Counted from the first letter of the stretch, positions 51,459 to 63,419 are shown. The stretch: DNA of 64,000 nt from Hypanus sabinus (GCF_030144855.1 NC_082731.1:28520001-28584000); one strand, 5' to 3'. Numbers and translations are program-made. Notes: generated from the sequence alone by a model not told the origin.

Positions 51459-51925
51459 GCTTTTTGCGACAATTTGGATTAAAATTCTGTTGGTTTTGGG
51501 GGTCTCAGGGACTCAGAAGTGTGTAGCAACTGCCGAAGGGTCTCTCCGATCCAAAGAATCTGGCAGAATTGAGGGTTTGACAGGAGGCTCAGAGGATTGA
51601 TCGAGAACTCTGCAGTGGGGGTAAGTACGAATAAGGTAACAAGAAGTTGAGTAAAGAAAATTCCACGTGGTGTTGGTAAATCCCTGTGGATACGGCTTCG
51701 CACAAAGCGAAGGGCTGAAGGGACAGGGTGAGTGAAGAGAAACTTGTGTGAGTACTGCCCTACATTGAGGGCTGCTCGGACAAAACGGTACAGAAGGTAA
51801 GAAGTATTTGATAAAGTGCTTAAACACTGGTAGACAACTGTAGGGCTAGGTGTAAAGATAGGATCGGGAAGCATTTGAACTGTGAGACTTTTAAGAAATA
51901 GTACCTAAGAAAAGGAGAAAATAAC

Positions 51926-53999
51926 ATGGCGGAGGAAAAAGGAACAGCAGTAGACATACTGTGCAAGAATTTCCCGATAAGTAGAGGTGAGATTATTGCA
52001 ATGTCAGAGAAATGGGTAAAAAGAACCAAAAACCTGCGCACGAAATGGCCAAAAGGAGGGACATTCGATGTAAGTTTGTGTTAAGAGCTGGAAGCACTAA
52101 TTAAAAATCGTAAACCAAACGATAAGTCCAAGAAAAGGGAGGAAAGGAGAGAGCAGGAGATGGAAGTATTGAAACTTTTTAGGTTGGAGGGGGAGAGATT
52201 GAGGAAGACAGGCAGGATATTGATTATAAACGAAAAAGGGAAAAGGGAACAGGAAATACAGTCGGGTGATGGAGAGGAAAAAACTGACAGAAGCCCGGCT
52301 TCAGCTCTATACCCAGATCTGAAAGAAGTAGAAAGACCCCCTCCCTATAATGAGCAGGGAACACCCGAACAAAGCCCCATAATATCAGGAACAGTAAGCC
52401 TGCAGGGGGAAGTAGAGGTCTGGGACACTGAGGAGGAAAAAAGGAAATATGAGAAGGTGAGAGGGGTGCTGAGGAACGAGATAGAGGGAGAAAAGATAAA
52501 GATAGAACAGGAAAGAAGGGAGATGGAAAGATAAGTGGAAAAGCTACAGCAGCTGAGAGAGAAGAGGGATTATGAGGAATATCGGTTATACTGTAGAGAC
52601 AGACGGACTAGAAGAGAACAGGAATCATCTAGACAGCAAGAATGGAGTGAGTTAAGAGGAAGTTGGAGAAAGGTAGGAGACGAGAGTTTGGGGGAAGTAT
52701 GAGAGAGGACGGAGAGGCAGATATTGGAGATGGAAGAGGGGACTAGAGGAGAGAAGGAGCAAGGAAGAAGGTATACCCCAGGAAGGTATGAGTGGCAGCC
52801 AGTAGAAATAGGGTCAGCAATAGATGAAGAATCAGGTGAGGCAGAAAGTTTGATTACACAGAACGGGGAGAAGGAAATGCTGCTACTGCTGGTAAAGGGA
52901 TCAGGACAAGTACAGTATATCCCTTGGGGATCCCAGGACCTGGAAGGGCTGAAAAATACTCTGCCTAGTCTGCACGAGGGGGCAGGAAAGTGGATTAGAG
53001 CCTTTGAGGAGGAAACAACGGGACGATTGTTGGCTATGGGAGATTTGAAGGCACTGCTGATAAGGTTGATGGGAACTTCCAAGCTGAAAGAACTGATGGC
53101 GATGGCTGGCTTACAGAACGTGGACAGTCCACAGACTGATGGGGCCAATTTTGATCCAGTGAGACAGAGGGTATGGCAGAGCCTCAGGAAGCTTTATCCA
53201 CCCAGAGTGGACCCCAACGCCTTAAAGTGGGAACTACTGGGAGACACTGAAAACCCAGCAGCCTATATAGAAAACCAGTTGAAAAGATGGAGACTGGAGA
53301 CTGAGCAAGAGGTGGAAAATAACTTGTTTCTGAACTCACTGTTCCGACAGAGCATTTTGGATGCAATGCCTCCACAGGTCAAGTCTAAATTGGAGGAAGT
53401 GGTTGGGCTGTCATCACTGACCCCACAAGCATTCAGTGATCATGTAGTCCACACAGTGGAGAAACATCGGAGAGACAAACGAAAGCTGGCTGAGCAGCAA
53501 GAAGAGGTGCAGCGAAAGCTATTGTAAAATGCAGCTCGAAGAACTGAAAAAGAAGGACAAAGAAAAAAGCAAAAAGATGCTGCCAGCCATCACTAGTGTG
53601 AGTACAGCCATTACACCATTAGACGGGGGAACCGGTCATTCTGTCAGTCAAGGGCCAGAAAACCCCATGCCAATTATGAATGTCTTTGGAGGAACATTTC
53701 CACCAATGCCCTATTGGGGACAGAGTAAATTTAAGCAACAGCCCAGACAGGACTGGAACTCCCAAGGAGGGGGATAGAGGAATTATGGGCAGAGAGGACT
53801 AGTGAGGAGATAGGGGGAAAGAGAGATAGAAAGATTATGCTGGGGATGCAACCAGCCTGGGCACATGAAGAGAGACTGCCCATTTAAACCATGGCCTGTC
53901 TCGTATCAGCAGGAGCCGTTGGCAAAGGAACCACAGTTTGGCCACATGCCAGCTCCTGGGGGTACGAGCGGACCTGTAAACCCCTATGCAAGATATTAG
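51926..53999 (+). pseudogene. gag: ERV gag (premature stops, one frameshift at about 53528)
   Basis: ATG in AACATGG. KWPKGGTF; LYPDL and PPPY late motifs; capsid-like region; zinc knuckle CWGCNQPGHMKRDC; ends ARY-TAG in frame with pro-pol. Confidence 0.9.
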
Positions 54000-56900
54000 G
54001 GGTGCACCGAGAACTCGAGTGGGAAGGGACATTACCCAATGATAACGAGGGAGGCAGAGGAGGAACCTATGGTTCAGGTTATGTTAGAAGGGCAACTGAC
54101 ACCAATGATGATAGATACTGGAGCCACGTACACTTGCGTACAGCCACAGTATGCCCTTCACTTTCCCGTGTCAGGAAAGTTTATAAAGACGGTAGGGTTC
54201 TCGGGGAAAACACAGTTGACGCAGTACACGGCTTCAGTGCATTTGAAAATGGGAAATAAAGGAATTGTTTTACCGGTACTAGTATCTAAAGGAACTCCGA
54301 TTAATTTGTTAGGCAGAGATGCTCTATTGAAACTGGAATTAAAATTAGAATGCACCAGAAATGGGTTAAGTGTGGAAAGAGCAGGGGCTCAATTAATGGT
54401 GCGAGAAGATAAGACAGCCAATGTTTTTTGGATAGGGGACATAGAAGATCAGATCTGGGATACCTGGGAAAAGTGGAAACAGGGCGTGCAGCCCATATTA
54501 CCTGAGGCTGTAGCACCCAAATCTGAGTTACATTGCACTGTAATTTTCGATGAGGCTCAGAATAAGGAGGTAGAGAGGAGATGGAACATGAGGGCAGATA
54601 TTCGACAACACCTAAAAGGGGAAGCCATAGTAATTGGGAAGCAGGGGGCAGCCCTGCAAGTCAGCTGGAATACCTTCTTGAAAGAATGGTACAGGATACC
54701 GGAAGCTGTACCCCACGTAACCCTGCTGGTAAACGAGGGATACCAGTCTAAAGACTTAGGACCCCTAGTAAAGCAGGTAAGCACCGTAACGGTTTGGAGA
54801 AAGGTTATGCCTGAGGTATGGATATCCGGAGACAACAACTGCATTAAAATAGGGGTAAACATAGATGTGACAGGAACTATGAAGGAAGTTGAAGTAACTC
54901 CTCAGCCACATATGCTGTTGTTGGGGAAGGCAAGGGGTCAGCAGGAAAATAGAATATTGGACAAGTTGCCATCTATTCTGTGGACTCAACATGACACGGA
55001 CGTGGGGAAAATAAAAACAGCCAGTCCGGTGAAGGTAAGGTTAAAAAAAAAGGAGCAGTTCCACCTAGGAGACCACAATATCCCTTAAGACCGGAAGCAG
55101 AGGAAGGTATAGCGCCGACAATACAGGGACTGTTGGCGGCAGGAGTGCTTACGAGAGTAAACAGCCCCTGCAATACTCCGCTGTTGCCTGTCCCAAAAGC
55201 GGGCAGGTCTAAATGGAGACTGGTGCATGACCTACGAGCAGTGAATGAGGTAGTAGAGGATTTGGCAGCAGTGCTCCCGAATCCACACACACTGCTGACT
55301 AATATCCCGCCAGAAGCAAGCTACTTTTCAGTAATTGATTTGTGTTCGGCTTTCTTCAGCATTCCCCTAGCCGAACAGTGTCAGTATTTGTTTGCATTTA
55401 CATACAGAGGCAGCCAGTACACCTACACTAGAATGCCACAAGGATTTAAGCATTCACCACATGTTTTTAATAAAGTACTGAAGGAAGATTTGGATGGCAT
55501 TTCGCTGGTAAGTACACTGATACAGTATGTGGATGATTTGTTGATTTGCTCTGAAAGTAAGGAGCAGTGTGAACGGGATACTGTGATACTTTTAGAGAAA
55601 CTGGCGTATGGAGGACATAAAGTATCTAGGAAAAAACTGCAATTTTGTAAGCAGCAGGTGGAATATTTAGGAAGGATGGTATCTAAAGGCGTAAAGGCAA
55701 TAGCGCCAAGTCAGATTGAGGCGATAACGAAAGCTCCAAAGCCCCAAACAGTAGGGCAGATGATGATGTTTCTAGGAATGACAGGATATAGCTCAGATTG
55801 GATAGGAGAATATGCTGAGATTGTAGCACCACTGAGAAAGATAATGAAGGAAGCAGGCCATACCAATTTGAGAACTAGCTTGCAGTGGAATGAGGAGGCA
55901 GAGACAGCTTTCAATACTATTAAGCAGGAATTGCAGTCAGCCCCAGCATTAGTATTGCCTGACTATGAAAAGATTTTCCATTTGTATGTATCTAATCGAC
56001 GGGAAGGCTATGCCGCAGTAGTGTTGACACACGTGACAGGTACAGGGAAAGCGAAGCAGCCAATAGCATACTACAGTGCAAAACTGGACGAGGCGGCCCA
56101 GGGCTATCCACCTTGTTATCAGGGATTGGCAGCACTGTGCTATGCGTATGAGAAGGCATCATTAGTAACTATGAGTTATCCTGTGATACTGTACACACAC
56201 CACAAGGTAGCAGAATTGCTGGATAGAGGGAAATTTGTGTTAACACCAGCCAGGATAGCAGCATATCAGATGCTGTTGACCTTTCCAGATGTAACCATAC
56301 AAAGATGTACCACCAGTAACGTAGGCGATTATGTCCCTTTGAGCTGCGAAGGAGAACCCCATGATTGTGTAGGGAAAACGATGACATTTGCCAAGCTGAG
56401 AGCATATTTACGGTTAGAGGCTCTAGAGGATTTGGATAAAAAGGTTCTGTTTGTAGATGGTTCTTGTTATAGGGATAATGATGGAAATCATGCAGGATTC
56501 TCAATAGTACAGCAGGACCAGTCAAGCTTCAAGACCATCAGAGTGGAAGCTTGTCCACAACTGTGCTCGCCCAATTAGCAGAGCTCAAGGCTTTAACAGC
56601 AGCGTGTGAGATGATGGAAGGTGAGAAAGTAGACATTTACACTGATTCGGCATATGCCCACGGGGTGTGTCATCTGTTTGGGGCAGTGTGGAAACAGAGA
56701 GGTTTCAGGAAAAGTAATGGAGACTCAATTCAACAGTGTCAGCAAATTTCAGACTTAATAAAAGCACTTATGAAACCCCAAGCACTGGCTATAGTGAAAT
56801 GCCAGGCACACAAGAAAGGGAATGGGATGATAACTAAAGGAAATCAAGCTGCAGACGAAGCAGCCAAGAAAGCATCTGGGTGTACATCAGTTATTATTGC

Positions 56901-58376
56901 ACCCCAGGTAAGCCTAGAGCCAGAACCCATGCTAGAGGACCTGGTTGAAATGCAAGGAAGGGCAACATTGGCAGAACAGACAACGTGGATGCGACGGGGG
57001 GCCAAACAAAACTCAGAAGGCCTGTGGAGCACGGAGGATGGTTTGTGGGTAGCACCTACTCCTTTGTTGACTATCCTAATTTCAGAAGCACATGGAGTGG
57101 ACCATTGTGCAAGGGGGGAAGTAATAAGGAAAATAAAAAAGGATGGTTTCTGGTCGCCTTACTTACAGGCTTCGGTAGACTATATTCTAGCACAGTGTGA
57201 GGTTTGTGCACAGAATAACGTTCGAAAGGGGATTAAAACCCCAATAGGTCACATACCCGTGCCTGAAGGACCCTTTCAACATCTGGTGGTCGACTACGTA
57301 GATATGATAACGACGGTAAGAGGGAAAAGATACATTCTGGTGGTAATTGACAGGTTCAGCAGATGGGTAGAGGCAGTACCCTCGAAAGATCAAGGGGCAG
57401 GAACAGTGGTAAAGTTCCTGACAAATGAAGTGATCCACAGATTTGGAATACCTACGGAGATTAGCTCGGATAACGGTTCGGCCTTCATCCAAAGGCTGGT
57501 CAAATTGGTATTACAAGTACTGAGAATAAAACAAAGGTTTGGATGTGTATACCACCCACAGTCACAGGGCATGGTAGAAAGAATCAATGGCACTCTGAAG
57601 GACAAACTGAACAAAATTTGTGCAGAGACTAGACTGAATTGGGTTGATGCATTACCGTTAGCATTATTGAGTTACCGTATGCAGACTAATCGGGTAACAT
57701 GCTTGACACCACATGAAATGCTAACTGGAAGGCCCATGCCAGTGCCCCAATGGAGAGGACCATATCACGGACCCAGTTTAGAGCAACTAGAACTTGAACT
57801 AAGACAATACATGTGGCAATTAACTATGATACATCAGTCTATTTATACACAGGAAAAACAGAAAGAGCCGGAGACAGTCCAAAGGGAAGGTCCAATCCAA
57901 CCGGGAGATCAGGTCTACGTGCGAGCGTTTCGAAGGAAGTGGAACAAACCAAGAAGGGAAGGGCCTTTCACGGTAATCAGGGCATCACCCACTGCGGTTC
58001 AAGTGGAAGGGCGCTCCACTTGGTATCATCTCAACCACTGCACTAAGGCAGTTCCGCAGGTACAGTCAGAGGCGGAACCCGTGGTAGGTGGTGAGGAGGA
58101 GCAGACTGCAGAGGCCAGCCTGGAGGATCAAGAAGCCGACACTGCCCCACAGGAATTTGACCAGGTGGTAAGGGAGATCTTTGGTAGTTCTGATGACTCT
58201 GGGAATGAAGTTGGGGATAGTAGTATTCCTCCAGATAATGGGGATGGTTTGGGTGCAATCAGTTTTGCCCCTCAGAATAACACACCTGCCTACTATAGCA
58301 CAGACTTGGAAACCATCAACATGGAGGATATGGCAGGGAATGATGTAACCCTGGGAAACTCGGAAGCACGCAATAA
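54000..58376 (+). pseudogene. pol: ERV pro-pol (PR, 2H-like domain, RT, RNase H, IN), with frameshifts at about 55045, 56570 and 58345
   Basis: IDTGAT and LLGRD (PR); LVHDLR, IDLCSAFFS, MPQGF, YVDD (RT); FVDGS, AELKAL, YTDSAY, GNQAAD (RNase H); HHCC, D-D35E, GPF (IN). Confidence 0.95.
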
Positions 58377-59892
58377 GAGAAGTAGCACACACACTGTTTT
58401 GTCACAACAAGAGAACACATGGTACCAATGGGCAGTGTATACAGCAAGCACGATGGAAAGACAGAATTGCTACCTGTGCTCAAGGGCAAACCCTGCGCAG
58501 CACGTAGTCCCCATGCCTTATAATTCTTCCACTTGTGCGCAGTGGCATAGGAATCACAAGGTGCGATGTGAGCAACGATGTCCTGGTCCAGTCAGTGCTA
58601 GGGCTTGTTACATGAGAATTTGTGTTAACACTGATCCCTGTTATAGAAACTGTCTGAACAATGCACCCATGTGCCCATATTGGTGTATGCTGTATCAGGC
58701 GTCCTGACATTTTGACCAAAACAAGCTTGCCTATCACTGTAATTATAGTAGACGCTGGGCTATAAATAAAAGGAGCCAGACACCTATGCAGGAACAATTT
58801 ATAATGCAGGGTCATCTGAATTATGAATGTTTCATGCGGGTGGGCACTCGCCTGGTTGGCCATTTCCAAGGCACCTGCACTCAGACGTGGAATGTCACCC
58901 CAGGTAAAAAAACACTTAATAGGTACCACTCCTCCTGAGGGAGCATTGGACTCTCAGACTATCCCATTAGCAGACACTTGGTGGCTTTGTGGACCGAAAG
59001 GAGGTCTGAGATCTACGCTCCCCCTCAGGTGGGCAGGAACATGCACGCGTGTCATGCTGCTTCAGGAAGTTATAGTGTCCCCCGAAGTACAGTCCAGCAC
59101 TACCTTCCCTGAGCAACGGACACTGCTACGGCGGAAGAGAAAATATGAACCTAACCTGACAATCCGGATTGACAGTATAGGACAGCCGAGAGGTATACCT
59201 AACGAATTCAAGGCGCGGAATGAGATTGCTGCAGGCTGGGAAGCTCTCATACCTGTGATAGGGATAAGTAAAAATGTTGAATGGATAAATTATATATACT
59301 ACAATCAACAGAGGTTCATCAACTACACTGATGATGCACTGGAGGCCTTAGGGCAACAGCTGGATGCAACTAGCAGGATGGCGTGGCAAAACAGACAGGT
59401 ACTGGATTGGCTTTTGGCAGAAAAAGGGTGTGTGTGTGTGTGATGTTTGGAGATCAATGCTGCACTTTCACCAGAGCAATGAATAAATTAAAGGATCTGC
59501 GGAAGGAGGTCAAACAGAATGCAGGATTTGGGCATCCGTGGTTTGACTGGTTAGAAAGCAAACTAGGGGGATGGGGTGCGTGGCTGACTAAATTGGCAAT
59601 GACTGCCGGCATTGTGCTGATAAGTTGTGCATTTATTCTGTGCTGTTTTCTTCCACGTATCAAGACTTTGATAATGCGTGCGACAGCAAAACAATTTCCG
59701 ATGCTCCTGGAAATTTTTGAATCTGACCCTGGACAAGGAGAAAAACCGATGATGTACTGTTACAGTCTGCACGATGCACCAAGCGGACTGGAAAGGGTTA
59801 ATGATGTGGACACTAGTCTGCAAGGGTGTCTGAGTCTTTTTTCCTGTCTCAGCTACAGAGGGACAGGTTTTTGGCTCAACAGCCTAGGTTAA
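58193..59892 (+). pseudogene. env: ERV env (signal peptide, SU, TM) with about 4 frameshifts
   Basis: Signal peptide MTLGMKLGIVVFLQIMGMVWVQSVLP in the +1 frame. NTWYQW...NCYLCS; WWLCG...W.GTC; RRKR at 59129-40; GQPRGIPNEFKARNEI; ISD QNRQVLDWLLAEK; CX6CC; TM anchor. Confidence 0.92.
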
Positions 59893-60030
59893 CACAGAGA
59901 GAGATCATTTTGAGCTCCGAGTATGAAAATTGTAGTTGACCCAGATTTGGGATTAAAATGCTGAACTTTATTTTGGCTTTGGTGCACGGCCTCTGAGTGT
60001 TCTCTTTTTGTGTGAGACCCTGTGGGTCTC

Positions 60031-60042
60031 AAAGAGGGGGAT
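60031..60042 (+). promoter_or_regulatory. Polypurine tract
   Basis: AAAGAGGGGGAT immediately before the 3' LTR. Confidence 0.85.
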
Positions 60043-60044
60043 TA

Positions 60045-60681
60045 TATTGAGAAATATACCTGACATAACCACTATAAATATATATATATACCTGAAATAT
60101 AATCCCTATGTATTAGCTATTTACTATACTATATAATCACTTCTAGGTACCAGATATTAATATGTATTAGTTTCTAGACACATTTTGTTATGTGTTGTTT
60201 TCACTAGATACGTTGTACTCTTTTAGCTGCATATTAAGGCACTTACAGAACACCTGTTGTTTTGCAGCACTATTAGCTGAGATATATCCCATGTATTACA
60301 CTCAGCCTTTGTTCAGTATGAGATAACACGGTGCTACGGGTGGGAATGTAATGTGAGGGGGGATGTCTGGAGAATATAATCTTGGCAAAGGCTCAGGTCC
60401 CAATGCGAATGGGTGGTACATAATGGTGGCACACCGCAGGCTAGGCAAAAGCGATTAATTAATTCATATGTAGATGATATGCAATTAATACTCGATTGGG
60501 TATGGCGATGAACCCAAAATGTAACTGAGATAAGAAATTACTATAAAGAATGCTGTACACCGGAGCTCGGCTGGCTTTCAGTGACAAATTCATTGATTGC
60601 CTCAGCCTTTGTTTGCAGAAAAAGGTTTAATTTTCTTGAAGAATTGTCTGTGTCTCCAAGTCATTTCAAGTAACCACGACA
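60045..60681 (+). promoter_or_regulatory. ERV 3' LTR (left edge 60043 or 60045)
   Basis: Direct repeat of the 5' LTR; ends CCACGACA followed by the ATCC TSD. Confidence 0.95.
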
Positions 60682-62002
60682 ATCCCTACTTAACAAGTAA
60701 CAGATCTCCATCTCCAGAGAGGCCGCGCATGCTGCATCGTGCCGCCATTTTCTCCTCCTCCTGAGGCAGTGTGGAATTCATTGCCACACTGTGGAGTCCA
60801 GGCTATTGAGTGTATTTAAAGCAGTGGTTGATAGCTTCTTGATAATTCAGGGCATTAAAGACGACAAGCAGAAGGCAGGAGAATGGGGTTGAGAGAGAAA
60901 TGGAGCAGCTATGATGAAATGCCAGAGCAGACTTGATGGGCTGAATGGCCAGTTTCTGCTCTAATGTTTAATGGTTTTATTGTCCACATTGCTCACTGAA
61001 AATGGGGTCACAGGCAGACAGGGTGGTGAAGAAGTCTGGTACTATGCTGGCCTTCATTCAGAACATTGTGCAGAAAAGTTGGGAGCACATGGTGGAATTG
61101 TAGAAGGTGCTGGTGAGGTTGTATTTTTATTCAACCTGCTGGTGAAAAGATGTGATTAATCAGGAAAGAGTGCAGAAAAGATTCACAGGGATGTTGATAG
61201 GACAGAGTCAAAGGGAGATATTAGCTAGGGTAGTATGTTCATTGGAGTAAATATACAAATTACGTAACATATAATTTGTATCTTTGAGTATTGGTCACTG
61301 TGGAGATTCAACATAAAAGTGAGATGGGATGTTTTCCTGTTACTGTACTTGTTTATTAAATCTTTAACGTTCTCTAACTTCTTCAACCCTGGTGAAAATT
61401 TCAAACCTGTAAGAGTTTCAGTGGTGATTTCATAGAGATGCATAAAATTAAGAGGGGCATGAACAGGAAAAGCTCCCTCAGAATATTGGCAAAGTGACTG
61501 GATTGAATGAATATCGTGGTCAGCACGGAAAAGTGGGGTAGAGGGGCCGGCTTCAATACTCCTTGACTTTCTAACTCTACAAATGCAACTGCAATTTACA
61601 GTGGTCAATTAACCCACCAACAAGTGTGTATTTGGGATGTGGAAAGAAGGCAAATTTAAATGTAGCATACTCATTTGAAGAGTTCCTGCAGACTCTGGAC
61701 CCCCTAATGTTCTGGAATCCTCCTGTGCACTATTTCACCCACATCATCCACCCTCGGTCTGGCTGTTACACTGACACCCAGTGGCTGTCCATTAGTATTA
61801 TAGCTGTCTGTTTGTCTGAAGCCTGAATATTTGGAGGTGTTCTTCTGACCCCCCCCCCCCACCCCCCAGTGTTTGCAGTTTATCACTGCAAGTTTACAAA
61901 TACTTCCGGTCAAATTGACTTCAATCCAGACACAAGTCTGCAGATGCTGGGATCTGGAACCACACACTGGTGGGCTGTGCAGCATCAATGGAAAGAAACT
62001 GT

Positions 62003-62900
62003 TGTTACGTTTGATGAGAAAACCATGGGGAGATGGTCCAGAGTTGGCCCCCGTGAACTACGCTACTAACGAGAGAGAGATAAAGAGGGGGAGAGGCGCC
62101 ATGCTGCACATGCTGATAATGTGAGAGAGACAAGGATTTAAAATTATGGCTTCTTCGCTGATTGTTGACTTTACTTCCGAGGACTTGGCCACTTTGCCTG
62201 CTTGTGTGACACAGCATAGTGGGTGCCAGGTGCCTACTGAGACAGGGGGGAGTGGCCCAGTTTGATGGACATGATGAGTTGATGGATGGCTGGAACCCCG
62301 GTAGGGGAGTTAAAAGGCGACTCTGCTGAGACACAGGCAGACACGCCACTGGACACTGAACGAGTGTTGTGCACCCACAGGAAGGTGGGGGCTTGGAGGA
62401 TCGATTCGGGGAAATCGGTCAGAGGCTCACAGTGTGTGAAGGCAGGCTGGTGGGGGCTTGTGTGTGTGTCCACCCTCAACTGGGTGATGTCCACCGCTGA
62501 AGAATGGTCTGGCCTGAAATGGAGGGGTCATAATCGACGACCACAACAGTACAACGGAACAAGAAAACAACGGAAGGTTTGCCTGCTGCAGCTGCACATC
62601 TCTCGCTCACTCTCTCTCCAATGTCACAACAGCAACGACCTCAACCCAAACTGAACTGAACTGAACTCTGCATTATCTTAAGACTATTCATTTACCCCTA
62701 GACTACGATAGAGCTTGGTTTTGATACTTATTCCTACACTTCTGTATTTATCATTGCTAACCTGTTTTATATGTATATTTGCATTTTTGACACTGTATTA
62801 CTTAGATTACTAATAAACACTTTTAGTTACAGTGCCACCAGACTCCAACATATCATTCCATTTCTGCTGGTTTGGTAACCCGGTCACGGGGTACGTGACA
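62003..62900 (+). mobile_element. Solo LTR, related to 5278-6080
   Basis: TGTTACG...CGTGACA, perfect TSD CTGT (61999-62002 / 62901-04), AATAAA near 62812. 3' end gctggtttggtaacccggtcacggggtacgtgaca resembles gctggtaagtgacccggttacgcggtacgtaaca. Confidence 0.9.
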
Positions 62901-63419
62901 CTGTTGAATTACAAATGAGGATAGTCCACGTGAGTATCTGGGTTACAACAGACTGAATAAAGTTACTGAAGTAAAGAAATCATGATCATGTTGTGAATCA
63001 GAAGTAAAAACTCTTGCAAGCACTGGACAGACAATATATATTGTATATCAGAGGTGGAGGGAATGAAATGCAGTGTCAGTGAGTAGACCATATACATCAC
63101 CAAATGTACCAACTCATGGATGTCAACGATCAAGTCAACACAACTGTAAAATAACAAAACCACAGTCCAATGAACAAGAGCTCAGATCATAGCTCTATTG
63201 AAGACAACCTATAAATGCAAATTATTGCAAAGTAAGAACGCATTGACAGAAAAAGACAAGAGAAAACAGGGGCTGTATAAAATGTCCTATCAGTGAGACA
63301 CTAGCTGGTGAATGAAAACCCTGCTCTTTCCTTGTCTGTCACTTTCAATGTGACATATTCAACTAAAGATATCCTCTAGTCTCAGGGCCTCCTGGCACAA
63401 TGGACACCCAGAGACTGTC

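Larger units (their letters stand above)
50704..60681 (+). mobile_element. Full-length endogenous retrovirus, epsilon-like / class I fish-type, inactivated
   Basis: LTR-PBS-gag-pro-pol-env-PPT-LTR; 4-bp TSD ATCC (50700-03 / 60682-85). Confidence 0.97.
50110..60769 (-). mobile_element. Short non-LTR repeat (50110-50703 plus 60686-60769) that hosts the ERV and itself sits in a CR1 3' fragment
   Basis: 8-bp direct repeat TGTGGAAT at 50102-09 and 60770-77. The CR1 sequence (ccagagggtgggaaatctgtggaat|tcattgccaca) rejoins across it. Confidence 0.6.

Noticed and set aside
56551-58707. Novel single Pol-Env polyprotein
   Set aside because: A signal peptide exists in the +1 frame, and one restored base both ends pol and opens env. 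A point deletion is the simpler explanation.
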